64,000 nt of DNA, taken from contig CM060733.1 of NCBI GenBank assembly GCA_030704615.1, forward strand, positions 15,438,001-15,502,000, read 5' to 3'. This DNA is from Takakia lepidozioides (taxonomy: Eukaryota; Plantae; Bryophyta). The notes beneath the pieces are model-generated. The model did not search any database. It worked only from the letters and a program-made list of their open reading frames with translations, and was not told the origin of the DNA. A program made the position numbers and the translations under genes. Positions 49,512 to 63,384 of this stretch are shown piece by piece (the first letter of the stretch is position 1; each line of letters opens with the position of its first letter).

Positions 49512-50889
49512 GATGCCACCACTCAGCCTTGGTCTGAGTACTTTCCTTCTCTATCCATCTTTCCAAAGTTTTTGTGTGGGGAGGGGGAGGAAAGGTGCGT
49601 AGCTCTACTTTGACAGAATTCAGTCTTTAGCAATGAGTATATACTCAGATGGAATTCCCACACAAAAATGGAGAGAAGGTAGATCCCACCTTGGCAGGTT
49701 TCAAGCTACATATCTAAAAAGACTACGTGCTAGGATTGTGGGGTAAAACATTTGGAAGATATTTGGACATGTGGGCGTGATTGCATTGCGTGTAACATTT
49801 TGGAAACTGCAGTCTTGAAGGGCGAGGCAGAGAGAAGGGACTCACGGGTCACTGCAGCCATGAAGCGGAGCTGATCAAGTTGCATGGCCTTTACTCCGCT
49901 GCCACATTTGATGGCACAAACACGCTGTGTGAGAAGTGAGAACTGTCACACACTCAGTGCGGTGCACGTTCACTGCCACAGCACCAAAGACGTAATCAAC
50001 TTGTCTCATTTAAATAAGGAAGCCGGTCTTTGACTCTGGCAATTTGCTGCAGTTGATCAGATCTTGCTCAAGTCTTTCTGCACATCAGTCTCTGTCCTCT
50101 GTTCTCAAAATGTTGTGTTTACTAAGCACCTTTCAGTTAGAATATTGGACGATGAGAGAATCCTAATGAGACAAACCAGACGAAAAAAATCCTTGCTTCT
50201 GGTTGAGCCAGGTCTGTGGACACAATCCGCCCACACCTGCAGTTGGTCGTCTTTACAACTGGGGCTGCAGTGGACAGATTCTGTCAGCATGGCTAGCTGG
50301 AGAGAGTAAAAGAAGTCTGGCTGGTTGGAAAAGTCTGAAGAAAACAATGGCTGCATCTACCCACACCCTGCAGGCAGGAGGCTCCTTTCGTTTTGAGGAT
50401 AACAACCAGTCAACCACAGCTTGCTTGTGGAAGCCCCTGCAACATGGCAGTATTGTAATGTGTGTTCAGACAGTGCAGAACACAATCAAATTATTATACC
50501 TAGAGAGATTCTCAAACTTTTCCATACGTGTGCATCAGTAGATGGATTCCAGTCAGGATCAAAGAGCACAAGTGTGAAAAAACAAACCCCATCACTTCTA
50601 CAAAGAACTGATACAGCAACCTTTCCTGGATGATGGTGATTTCATTTGAAAATGAAAAGTCCTGCACTCCGTATGACTTGATGGAATGTGATAATGGGAA
50701 GGGGATTGAATGGCTCATATGACAGTGTTGTATGCCCATCACGACAGTTTGATCCCCCAAGAAACAATCAAGGAGAACATATTCCTTCACGTATTCACAG
50801 ATCCTAGGATTCACACAATTCTAGGCCTCGAGTCACATGACTTGCAGCATTAAAATTCTCCCAGATTGTCCACCACATAGTGAAGCCCC

Positions 50890-51475
50890 GTATCTCTGCT
50901 GCCAAATCATCATCACTATCCTCTGGCTCAGACCCTGCCTCTGTCTTCCTCCGCATCCTCCTCTTCATCCTCATCCAGAGATCCAAGAACCTGTGTCCCC
51001 ACAACACCTTTGGTGAGCAGAGCACCTCCTGCAAGGCTTCAAGTCCTGCCAAGGCGAGGCGGTTTCCATTCAGATTAAGTGATACAAATCCAGGCTGTCC
51101 AGCCACAGCTTGTGCTGCTGCAACGGCGCCTATCCTGCTCCGTTCATTCATACTCAAATCCAGCGACTTCAGGCCTTCATGGCCCTCCTCAAGTGCCGGG
51201 CCGGGCATACCACAACTGCACCTTTGTCTTTCAGATCGTTCTCTGACAGATCTACCTGCTCAAGCATTTCATTGATAGAATTCTGCAAGAGCAGGTGCAG
51301 CCTTCTCTGTGATCTCATTGCCCCCCAGTTCTAGCACTGCTAACTGTGAAGCTCCTTCTGCAAGGGCCTTCACTACAGCTAGAGTGCCCAACCCTAAATC
51401 ACTCAGATAAACCTCTCAGCTGAGTATGAATGCTCAGTGTCAGCCAATACAAGCCCACCCTCAGGGCCAAACATG
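50890..51475 (-). pseudogene. RanGAP: Ran GTPase-activating protein C-terminal LRR and acidic tail, frameshifted fragment
   Basis: MFGPEGGLVLA, YLSDLGL, LAVLELGGNEITEKAAPALA, LKSLDLSMN..R.GAVAAAQAVAGQPGFVSLNLNGN, then an acidic tail. Several frameshifts; no WPP domain. Confidence 0.8.
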
Positions 51476-51816
51476 TAGGTCGATTCTCCTTAGGCATCTT
51501 CCACTTCGTAGAGCTTCTGCAAGAGCAATCCCTCCCGAACTCCCCACCCAAGTCGAAGACAACTGGAATGCTCGCCTTTTCTCGCCAATCTCCTCTCGGT
51601 TTTTTTCTTTCCAAATTTCCAGAGACTTCCTGTGTAAATCGCGCTACTTCAACTTACTTGTGTCCATAGCCATTTATGGCGAAACCAACGAAAAATAGTG
51701 TGAGGAGGAGGTAGAAGAGAGAAAGGGAGGAAGAAGAGAAACACAGACGGACACGAGAGAAAGGCGCCCGACTGCGCCTGCTTTATCTGCTGTAATCTGA
51801 GCGGATTCCTGCAGCT

Positions 51817-54800
51817 ATGGCTGCTGAAGGTATGTTGGGGGGTGGGGTGGGTTTGCTTTGCTATGTGCTGTGTTGTGGGGTTGAATTCAGTGGTGAAAGT
51901 GTGGGTTTTGCACAAAATAGATGCCGTAGGCTTGCGGCCACGGACTGTGTGGGTGATATGTTAGAGTGGAAATCAGCTGCACAGGTGAGAGAGATAGGGC
52001 TTGTCTTGTCACGGCAAGGAAGGATCTGTCAGGACTTGACTGGATCAGAAAGTTTTCTTCTTTTCAAAAAGCAGGACAAAGCAGCCTTGTATTGCAAGGC
52101 ACCATCACCCTTCTCCTACACCACAGTTTTTCTCCTGATTTGTTTCACACTTCTGGGTGATTGGGGTGGGTGGTGGGGTTTGTTAGAAACCCTTCCAAAA
52201 CCCACCTTTCTTCATAGTCACAGACACCATACTGAACAATATTCATGTTCACTGTAGTGTCAGACTGGGATTTCCTGAAAACCGAAATTCATGCTTTTTA
52301 GCAATGTGGACTGTAGGTCAGTGACCCCTTAGCCTTTACTTAAGCAAACCAGTGCTTGCTTAAAACCATAGAGATCTCTGCCCACAGTAATGTCTGAGCA
52401 TAGTACTTCTCTATGAGGATAATTCGGTATTATCAAAGTAGTGTGAACACAAATACTTCTCTCTAAAATCACGTCTCAAAACTGAGACAAATCCAAGTCT
52501 CCACCATAGCCCGGATGAGGCTGTCGTCAAGCATTGTACCATTCATCCTAGGCAGTGGCTGCCTCATGCGATAGGTGATTTCCATCATCTATCCAATATA
52601 CTCTGTAGCAAAACTTACACATATAGCTTAGAGACCCATGAAAGGTGAAGGACCCTCACCTGCGCCCGTCCCAAAAACCACCACATCCAATAGAATGCGT
52701 GTTAGTGAGGATGCGCGAGGTGAGTAGCAGGCCTTCACACTTGCTTGCTGTCCAACATGCAGATCTAAGCAAGTGGAAGATTGCAGGAGTATTAGTAAAG
52801 GTGTTGCACAGATCCTTGAAAGTTTGAGGCAGACCAGTCTACAACGTTGCGCATATCCATTCACGCAACAATAAGTAATTGCAAAGCACATGTAAGGGCT
52901 GAGTGTAACTTCCTGTTCGTGTCCACAAATGAGCCATGGCTTCCCTATAACTGCATAGGGAGCTTGACCAACACAATGAAGGCAAAGTTGACGCTTAAAC
53001 CTTGCTGGCCACAGCCTTATTGAAAATCTCTTGAAGGCAAAGCTCGGTGAGCGGTGTGCCCGACACTTTGCCTGTAGTTTCAGGTAGCCGCCATTCGTGC
53101 TCAAACAACTTTTGTAAATGAGTAGTAAATTTCAGGGTAAGGGTTCTGAAGCCCTGAATTCAAACCAGCACATGGGCATTCAATAAATCCCACAAGGCCC
53201 TGGCCAGGGAATGAGTTTTGCAGCAAGTGTCTGCTTGTCATTTTCAGGACATCCATAGGAATAAATCATTTATTCCACCTGAAACATTCTACCCAAGATT
53301 AAAGAGAGAAGAGAGAGGGAGAGAGAGATGGTAACCGATGTAGGATTCTTCCTGGCTTCTGATGGGCGTATGTTGAAGGATAAGGTCAGACAGGCCATTA
53401 AAAGTGGATGTGGTGTGAATATTGGGCATTTTCTGTCAGTGGATGCTATCTTGTCCTTATGCCTCTCTTCCTTGTCAAAATGTTTCTTGTTAGTTGGGAC
53501 ATCCCGTCTCTCCCGCATGAGGTGAGTGCGCCTACTCTTTGCAATTCCTCTGGCTGTGGAGAGTCGTAGAAATGCAGAAGCATTTCAGTGTGCCATCCTA
53601 CCACATGACGGTTCATAGATGAGATATCCATGCATTCATGCCCCTGTATCCTGTACTAGGGAATACAGGATCGTCTACGGCGAGCAGGTATTTGGACATG
53701 ATCCACTTTGTCTTTGGGGTCAAAAGTGGTGGTGCATTGACCTGTAAATCGTCAGGTGGTGAAGAACCAAAGTGTCTTGTTTTTCAAATTGACGAGTGAC
53801 TCAGTGAGTCTGGTGTTCAGGTGAATGGGTGGAATCCATATAATTGTTTGTAGTGGTGGTTGCACACCCATTGCAATATTCTTGCTTTTATAAAACACAG
53901 GACACCACATTTCTCTTATCTGGCAACTTCAAGTTATTTGCATTTTTCCGGTTTTCTCTTCATGCAATTTATTGCTCCTTGGAGTGGTTATACGTTGCAC
54001 ACACAATAGGGTATGCTCCAAGTGAACAAAAGTATAGAAATGTTCACACCACCAACTGTCTCTTTTTGACATGGAATTCTTTCTTAATTCACTACATACT
54101 TGTGTGGTCATGTAAGCCAGGAGTATTATCCTCTCATAATTTGATAGTAACTTCCTGTTGCTGGCAACTGTGGGAGGACAGAGAAGGGAGAAGATAGCAA
54201 GGCCACAGCCAAGGATGTGGAAAAGAAGGCTCCTGGCACTAATGCTCCATCAACGGCCATATCCGGGGTTGAGCATGATTCAGGCATCTCCAACCCGTTT
54301 GACTTTTCAGCAATGTCTGGTCTTTTGAATGTATATTTCAGCTCTTTCCCCTCTCTCAAATCCTAGAGAGTTACAGGTCATGAAATGTTCATATTGATGT
54401 GCTGAGCAGTTTTTTCATAGTCGGTGCATGTCTCTTAGAGTATATTTGGTAGCTGAGGCTTGATCTTTCCACTGCTGGAGTTGGGTGGTTCCCTATGCAA
54501 ATTCAAATGTTTGAAGTAATATGTTGTGTTTGAGTATGTAAGACAGTGACTCTTGGACGTTTGCATCATTGAGAAAATAGTCCAAATTAGTAATGAGCAA
54601 GGGAAAATGAAATAAGAAGATGAATAAGATTAGTCCATCATCAATAGTCCTTTCAAAGTAAGTTTGCTAGCATTATAGACAACAAGCAGAGTCAAGAATT
54701 GAAAAGCTTGAAAGAACTTGAGTTATACCATCCTGGCTCTCTTCTCTCTCTCTCTCTCTCTCTCTTGTACCATCAATGGCCACAAGGCTACCGCAAACAA

Positions 54801-57800
54801 CGTCTTATGAGTACATTCTCTTGTACCATCTTGCTATCTTGGAGGCTACTGCAAGCAACGTCTTATGAGTACATACTCTTGTACCATGGATCTCTGCACT
54901 GATTGTGCACTTGTCCTTCAGGATCCCAGCATAAAGGACATGGCAGAGAAGATAGCCAAGGACCCTGTCTTCAACCAGATGGCACAGCAGCTGCAACAGA
55001 GTGTGGAGAACGTGGGACAAGATGGCATTCCACATTTGGATACGAACCAGTACATCAATGCTATGCAGCAAGTCATGCAGAACCCGGAATTTATGACCAT
55101 GGCTGAACGCCTTGGTAATTGCCTCTCTCCTCACTGCTGACACACACATACCACTTTTCAGTCCGAATTTTTTGTCCCCAGTGAAGTTGACATAAGTGAC
55201 CTCTCATCTGTGATCAGCAGCAGAAGTTATAAACCTATTGACCACAATCAGCAGACCAATCAGCAGACAGTGTCTGGGGATTGAATGACTGAATCTGTGA
55301 GCAAAAGAGCAAAATGATTCTTAGTCAAGACAAGCAGGCACACGTGAAGCTGTATTCCTTGTCACATATGATGCAGCGTTGGACTGACATTATCTTACCA
55401 AACTTGCAATCTGGATAGGATAACGTCCAACCTTGGCTGTGCCAACATAAGATTAGATGAAGTTGAACTAGTTTTTGGTTTCCTGTTGCTAGCAGGATCC
55501 TACCATGGCAGGTATGCTGTCAAATCTGACTGACCCAGCACACAAGGAGCAACTTGAAAAACGGATGGCCCAAGTGTCTGACGATCCCTCTCTCAAGCCT
55601 ATGTTGGAAGAGATTGAGACTGGTGGTCCTGCAGCCATGATGAAGTAAGACATCCATGCAGTTGTTTCCTCTTTCTTTCTCTCTCTCACTCTCCCAGGCC
55701 CTTCTGGGGCCTAGTTGTTGGGCAAACCACACACAGCAGATTGATGCTTGTGTGAATGGATTTCTAGAGGATATCTGGAAAACCCAGATCAATGTTTTCT
55801 TCCAAGGTAAGTCTTAATACCGACGTCAGCCCCTGACAGAGGTAGGTTCTGTTCCTTTGTGTTCCACTCAAACTGGGCCGCCCAGTTGGCGGAATGCCAA
55901 CTGGTGATGGCACATCACAAGTATGCCATGGCATTGCTGGATTTCGAAATGAAAGGAGTTGCAGCCCAGTCTGGCCACAAGGCTACGGCAAACAACGTCT
56001 TATGAGTACATCCACTCTGCCAAAGCTCAACGTTACACAAGGTGATCAAGCAGGCACGCAAAGAAGTGGACCCATTACTGCAGAATTGCAGGAGCATTCA
56101 AATTATCCAAGTCGGCTGGCTTGCGAGCTTGCTGGCTTGCTGGCCCAACTTCTGTTGGCTGAATAACCAAAGGAAACAATTTGAAGTGGGACGAGTTCTG
56201 CATTTCCTCCTAGCAGAGGCTGTCTTGAGGGCACACATCTTACCATACCCCACTTATAGTGGACATTCGGCAGTGAAGAGATCATTGTTCTCCCTTCCTA
56301 CGCAATATTGGTGTGAGTTTTCCTCCTGTTGTAACTGGGATGTGCATGTATAAAAACTAAATCAACAGCTTGACACAAAGCTTTGGGTCTCACTCAATTT
56401 TGCCACTGCAGAGGGATTAATACTGAAGTTCAAAGGACCATTCTTTGTAAAGTTATTAGGCCTACCGTGGAGTACGCATCTGCCGCGTGGGTTGGCAACC
56501 CCAAGCATGCTAAAACTTTAGACCTCATTCAGCTTTCAAAGAGACCTAATTCCAGATACCTTAAGATGGGACACATCAATGATCGTAAGATTATGAAATG
56601 CAAGGCTCTAGCATATTTCGAAAACCACATTGAGATTTTAAGTACCTGAATATTAGGCAGGAAGAACTGACCCTGCTAGAGGAAGCTGAAGTGGCTAAGG
56701 CCATGTCAGAAGCACGAAGAATGTTTGAATAAGACAAAGTTAGACACAAAAGACAATGGAGCCCATAAGAATGGGGAATCGATGGCCAGAATGCAAGCAA
56801 AGCATGCGGCAAGTTAGCATTTCGACAATATTCTCTGAACTTGTTTCCAGTTTGTGAGGACCTTAAGGATGATCTGAAGGGCCCACATACCCTCGGCACT
56901 AGACTGTAAACTCAGAATGGGGAGTCTACCTCTGAATAATAGACTGATGCAGAGAGGAAATGTAGACTTGTCAATGCCCGATGTGCGGGTGGTCTGAAGA
57001 AAATATTCATTTTCTGATACAATGTGTGGGTTATTCTCATCAGAGAGCGACCCTCATCAGGACCATCAAGAACATATTCCCTGCATCTCTGTTCACCAAC
57101 TCTCAAAATCTCAAGTCTGAGTCTAAAGCGCTGGCCCTGTTGGGGTCTAATTGCTGGGCAGCTCACACCCTGCAGATTGATGCTTGTTGTGAGGGCTTTC
57201 CAGAGGAAATCTGGAAACTTGAACCAATGTTTTATACCAAGGCAAGTTCCACTACTGGATTGATCCCCTCAGAAAGATAGTGTCTATTCTGCCCAAACCA
57301 GGTGTGGGGTCTATGGCCACAAGGCTACAGCAAACAATGTCACATGAGTACATTCTCCTCCCCAAACCCCGGTGAATTTAGGTTAAGTTTCTTTCCAGTT
57401 GTTAGAGATTGTATCCAGCCTCACAATCACTTGCGACTGGAGTGATAACTAGGCAATCTTGCTTATCCCCTTACCCTATATAACACTTGGGTGTGGATTG
57501 ACTCCAAAGAAAATAGGCAGCTGTAGGACATGTAGAACTCCTGAAATCCTACAATTGGTACAAGCTTTCCTCCCAACAGATGGGTTTTGGACTATGTGTA
57601 CTTTGCAATTGAAAATTATATGTTGCATCTATAGCAAATCAGACCATAGATGCCAATTCATCTGTCTCCCACCCTACTCAAAGTGGACTTGCATTAGCTA
57701 CCCTCGAACTCCAAAGCCAGAAGGCCTGTTAACAAAGTAGCTAAGATGGTTGTCTACAAGTGCTGATGTTGGACTAGAGTAGCAGGTCATGAAATCTTGT

Positions 57801-60279
57801 TTTGTCAAAGTGGATGTCCTTGCTCTAGTGACTCGCCTCAAATTTTTGTCCATTGTATTCATGGTTCAAGCTTAAATTTTGGCAACACAACAGTTATTAT
57901 CTGCTATGGTTGGTGCCTGGGATCACTGACATTTGCCATGTATTCGAAGGTATTGGAATGATCCAGCAGTTCTGGCCAACCTAGGGCAAGCCATGGGCAT
58001 GGGCATCCCAGAGGAAGGAGGTTTTCCAGTGACTGGGGAATATGCCAATGATGAGGAAGGTGAGGAAGAGACAGGTGATGAGGAATACGAGGAGTTGACT
58101 GTCCATCACACAGCCAGTACTGGGGATGTTGAGGTGATCATCTTTTAATTTTTCTCCCTGTGTTGAATATGACTTCTGTTGAACCCTCCCTGTCTTGGTG
58201 TCGAAAACGTAAAAACCAACCAGCTGTGGATAAGAGAACTGTAGAGTATTCACCAATTTGCTGCAATGTAAGCTTGTTTGGGCAATGGTGAAGCTGTTTG
58301 AGTTTCACGTTTGCATTTCTCTAGGTTGAGGGTGTACATCACAGGTCTGCTTGAATCCTACACCAAACCTGGTTAGAAAGCTTGTCAGTGCAATCATGAA
58401 GGGCTTAGTTTGGTTTCAGGTTCTTGTACATAGTTCTGTCGCCACTGTTAAGCTGGAGTTAGTGGCTTGTATCTGATAGCATTTGAATTTTCTTACTGCT
58501 CCACACCTTGGTGGATTTTATAATGTTTGTGAAATTTACTTCATATCAGCCTGTGAGTGGCCAGAAATCTTACCAGACTGCCAGGCTGTAATAGATTGCA
58601 TAGAGGAGACTCTGCGCCCAACCTGTTCAGTGCCCTCTAAGCCTAACCGACGTGTCAACAATAGTTTGACAAGACTTGAACCCATGAGCCAATCGGTTCA
58701 ACGATTGAGTATCCCAAAAAAGAACAACCTTGATTATTGGTTAAACATGGGTGGTAGCAGGGTTTAGAGCGTCTGCTTCAAGAAGGTGCGGATAAGGATG
58801 AGAAGGATGAAGAGGGACGGACAGCCTTGCATTTTGCGTCTGGCTATGGAGAAGTAAGTGTCTCTTTTGCTTTAGCATCTGACTGTTGTAATCTAAGATG
58901 CTTTTGCGGGAGATATTGTAGTAGGATGCTTGTGTTTCTTTGGTTCTGTTCCTATTACATGTTTCTTGGGCCCTTTGGGTTTCCAGCACCCGTAATTATC
59001 TAATTCTGTCTTCCCTTCTCAGATCAGTGATGCCTTGCAGCTTACCTGCATTGGGGCCTCCAGCTTCTGGACTGGTGGACAGCAGTCTAGCCAGTAGCTT
59101 TAGTGGCCTGGTGGAGCAGGTTATTCTTTGTTTCTTTGTTTGCCCATATTCTTTTGAAGCTGTTGCAGAGTTGCCTTCTCTACATGGCTGTAATAAAACC
59201 ATTTCACCAAACAGCCCTTTGCATGGGGGGAGCACAAGTTGCTGCTTAAAGCTTACCAATCAACAGAGGTACTTAGTGCGAATGGTGATCAAATGTTATG
59301 GTGAAAAGATTGACCTGAGCACTCTCGCCATGTGGATGGATGCCCTTCTGTAAAGACCAGACTTCAGATCACAGGGTGTCTGACAAGTGTGTGGGGGCTG
59401 GCAGGTGAAATGTGCTGAGATATTGCTGGAAGGTGGAGCAGCTGTAGATGCGCTGGACAAAAACAATAACACTGCCCTTCACTATGCTGCTGGATATGGC
59501 CGCCACGAGTGTGTTGAGCTCCTCCTCAAGAATGGTGCTGCTGTGTAAGTTTTTCTAATCTCCCCAATTGACATGATGATTTCCTTCTCGATTATTTTCC
59601 ATGATCTATGAGGCTTCACAACAGCCTGCTTAAACTGACCTGCATGCCAGGCAATATGAAAGAGGAAGTGAGGATACAATTTTCCTGCTAATACTACTTG
59701 CACAAAGCTTGAGACAAGTAGCAGTTTTCCCCTACAATTTGAACTTTAGCCTTGCTTCATGGATATGTCTGATGTCAAGAAGACTTTGAGGATAACTAAC
59801 TAGAAAGTCTTAGAGCTAGCAACGGTATTAACTTCATTAAATAACACTGGAATATCCTTCAAGCCTGCCTGAAAGGGGGTTTGATATAGATCCTTTTGAG
59901 CCCAACCACCTCTAGAAGGAAGTGTAGGTGTTGGGAATAGTTGGTGTGCTTGTCTTTCAAGTTGTACCCATGTTCTTATGCTGTTCATTTCTGGTTTCTA
60001 TGTTTTATGGTTGCTCTGATTGGATTTGCTATGGGTCATCCACGGTAGGCCATATACTTGCTTGTGTATGCAAAAGCTTTGTCAGGTGTTGCTTGTATCT
60101 GTTCTGAGAGGAACAAGAGATCAAAAGATGTGTGTGGTGCTTCTTGAAGCCCGCTAAATCAGATTCATGGGGAATGCAGGACTTTGCAAAATCTGGATGG
60201 CAAGACACCCATTGATGTTGCCAAGCTGAACAACCAGAGTGAAGTGTTGAAGCTGTTGGAGAAGGATGTTTTCTTGTGA
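51817..60279 (+). CDS. AKR2: AKR2-like ankyrin-repeat chaperone; exons 51817-51829, 54182-54330, 54922-~55114, 55496-55644, 57950-58133, 58761-58853, 59405-59544, 60180-60279
   Basis: [96 protein letters not shown]...LLEKDVFL. The exon 3/4 junction is unresolved. Confidence 0.92.
54761..54887 (+). mobile_element. Two adjacent copies of the tailless short retroposon, with three copies of the target site
   Basis: TCTCTTGTACCATC (54761-54774, 54817-54830) and ACTCTTGTACCAT (54875-54887) flank two inserts ending CGTCTTATGAGTACAT. Confidence 0.85.
56383..56560 (+). mobile_element. Non-LTR retrotransposon RT C-terminal remnant in an AKR2 intron
   Basis: [18 protein letters not shown]...KTLDLIQ. 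Confidence 0.6.
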
Positions 60280-62311
60280 AAATGCTTCCCAAAAATCCTC
60301 TACCTGGAAGATGACGGTTGAAGGGTCATCATAAACAGGACCTTGATTTTAGATGATCCAATTTATCACTCTGAAAGTTTTGGTGGTATTATTCTTGCCA
60401 TAGTAACCAGAGGTTTTACGCAAGGTCATGATAAATAGTAGTGCTGTATTTGGTGGAGATTTGAGGCATTCTTTGTAACAAATGCACCATGTGGGTTGTC
60501 TTACTTTTTAAAGCGGTAGTTAACTTTGTGCAGTGGGTCAAAGAAATGCTTCCTCTTTGCACGCTCTTCTGCATGGCTCAAGAAGCTGCTTGGCAAAGTA
60601 AGAGCTTATACAAAATCTTGAGAGTCGAACTGCAGTTTTGAGGATGCAATGTGGTCCAGGTTGGCCCAGGTCAGGCAAACAGCCCTACGACTGCCGCAGG
60701 CTAGCAATGGGGTGCAGAGCCCTCACTTGTCTGAAACTTGTTCTTCTGACATACGAAGGTGAGGATTATATGGATGGGGACACACCGAAGGTACTAGATT
60801 TCCTACAGCAGCAAAGATCGTTTGCAGGCACTGTCAGTGGCCTGGCCATCTGTCTGTACACCAATGGGCCCAGAGTTTACCTCGCACATGAGGTGGTTAA
60901 ACCTAATTTGGTCTCCAGCAAGGGTCAATTCCATGAAGTGTTCCTATCCAGGGACCTGCTGGTGCCCAAAAGGGGCTCTTTCTTTCATCCAGAGCCAGAT
61001 AGCACTTTCTTGCATGGATTTTAGTTCCCTGTTCCAACCAATGAACTTTATAGTCCATTGTCTATTTTCTTGACCACTTTTCAACTCACCTCTGATGTTG
61101 TTACTTCTACTCCGTCTCTTTCTCTCTATGTGGATGCTAGACCTTGACAACCTTTGCAGGTTCCACTATTCTATGTCAGGTTTTGAATCAAGATTGCAGA
61201 TGAGAGAGACTTGAGTGTTACTAAGAGTTCCCTTGGATGCCTGCATAGGTTTGAACATTCTTTCGCAAGAGTCCAAACCATGGAAGAAGTTTGCAATACC
61301 CAGCTTTCCATAACATATGGGTGGTGGTACCACAACTTGGTTGTCCACAACATTTCTTCATAATCTGGTCACTCTCTAATCTTGTGAAGAACTGTGAGAG
61401 ACTATTTTCTGTGCATATACTGGACCCAGTAAGCACACTCCATACATATCCTCATCGACATCTTGCATGAGATCCCAAACAGCTGATCCCAAACAGCTAA
61501 GCCGCAGCGAATTTCAGTGTGGTAATGGTATTGACATATCCCGCCTGCTTCCTGCCTGATCAGATTAACATACCTTCCTCCCTTGGCCCCATTCATGAGA
61601 AAGCATGCAGGACACTGTGAAGGCAGCATCTCACTGTGGGTCATTTTCAAAATCAAGTGTGAGACTCCATTGAATCCAGTACTTTCTTCTCTGTTGATGA
61701 TGGTATAATATATAATCTGCATTCAATCCAGCCGCTATTCTCCTTGATGATGATGATAGTTATTACCATGGGAAAGAGGGACTGTTCTAGGGCAAACTGA
61801 CGTTGCTCAATTGTTTACTAGGTTTATTAATATTCAGGTGCATAACAACTTTGCTTGCCATTAAGTTTGTAATACTGCGCGGCTATAGGCTACCAATACA
61901 CTAATTACGTTTCCCTTCACGTTCATCCACATCCACGAAAATTAGTGAAATGGTTCTTCAACGTCCACGATTATCAAGCTTCAAATCCTCGTATTCATCC
62001 GAGAGGGGGTTGTTCTTCATCCACGAGCGCGCCAATGGGCCCGCAAGCTAACTGCGGTTAAGTCGGAAAGAGGAGGGAGGGGGGCAGCCATAGCCAGGCT
62101 GCTCACCGAGCTTCTCGCACACATTCTGCTTCGCACGGGGGCTTGTCAGGACGAGACTCTCCCGCAGATTGAGACCTGCAATTGCAGTTTAGTTGACAAG
62201 GGAGAGGTCCGGATCGTGAGGGGGGTCCTAAACTGGTTGAGAGTTGAGAGGTTACTGCGGGATGAGTGTTATAGTTGACTTGCCCTACTCCAACAGCTGT
62301 GGTACCTTGGA

Positions 62312-62633
62312 GTAGAGAGTGTGGGCAGATCTCGCGGAGGAGCATTGCCCAGGGTTGAATGGGGTGAAGAGCTTTGGTAGAGAGAACGTGTGTGGTGTTG
62401 AGTTATGTTCACCCGAGACTTGTGCAGGGGGGATGGACATTACTAGGTATTTGAAAGCAAGTGGAGGTTCCGGTAGAGAGTGTGGGCAGATCTCGCGGAG
62501 GAGCATTGCCCAGGGTTTGAATGGGGTGAAGAGCTTTGGTAGAGAGAACGTGTGTGGTGTTGAGTTATGTTCACCCGAGACTTGTGCAGGGGGGATGGAC
62601 ATACTAGGTATTTGAAAGCAAGTGGAGGTTCCG
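62312..62633. repeat. Near-identical 161-bp tandem duplication upstream of the F-box gene
   Basis: 62312-62472 and 62473-62633 differ by two 1-nt indels. Confidence 0.95.
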
Positions 62634-62837
62634 GCCTGCTTGAGAGTCGGACTTCATTCAGCTGCCTGCGATCGTTGAGTACTTGGCCAAGAAGACTCTT
62701 TTTCTGTCTAGGCTTGGTGGCGTGTTATGAGATGTGTTTTCATAGACGATTGTCGGCCAATGAGTTGTCTACAGCCGATTGGAATCTTGGTTGCTTACAG
62801 GAGTGTTTTCTGACGAATCCGGGAAGTATGCTGGTAG

Positions 62838-63384
62838 ATGAGGGTCATCACTGCATCCGCCATGCATCGAAGTAGTATTCATCCTGCACAGGTAAGAGGG
62901 AAAGGGGCTTCTGCTTATACTATCCAGAGTTAGTGAGGAAGCTGCATTCTCCCTTATACTTCCTTCTGATTGGACTTCTGCAGGTTGAGACTGCGGCCTG
63001 CTACTGTGGGGGAGTGGACGCGGGCCTCTCAGTTGGAGCAAGGAGATTTGTGCCTGGGCGCACAGTGGGCCACTGTGTCCGACCTGATATTAAATCTGCT
63101 ATTGTCCTTCCCAAGACTCGCCCCACAAGAGGCGAGCGGAATCGACCTCCTTCAGAACTACTGCCGGGCCTTCCTGACGATCTTGCTATTGCATGCTTGA
63201 TACGTGTGCCACGTTTCTATCATCCGAAGCTTCGGGCGGTCTGCAAAAGATGGTATCGACTCTTATCTGGCAACTTCTTCTATTCTCTGCGCAAAAGCCT
63301 AGGCATGGCCGAGGAGTGGATTTATGTCATCAAACGCGACCGTGATAACCGCATCTCTTGGCATGCATTCGATCCCAGGTATCA
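62838..63384 (+). CDS. F-box/kelch-repeat protein (At1g55270-like), 5' part; exons 62838-62891 and 62984-~63380
   Basis: CYC..VDAGL..GARRFVPG; LLPGLPDDLAIACLIRVPR...VCKRWYRLLSGNFFYSLRKSLGMAEEWIYVIKRDRD..ISWHAFDP. No kelch repeats seen in the window. Confidence 0.88.

Noticed and set aside
60638-61722. Short ORFs between AKR2 and the F-box gene
   Set aside because: No recognisable motif or consistent exon structure.
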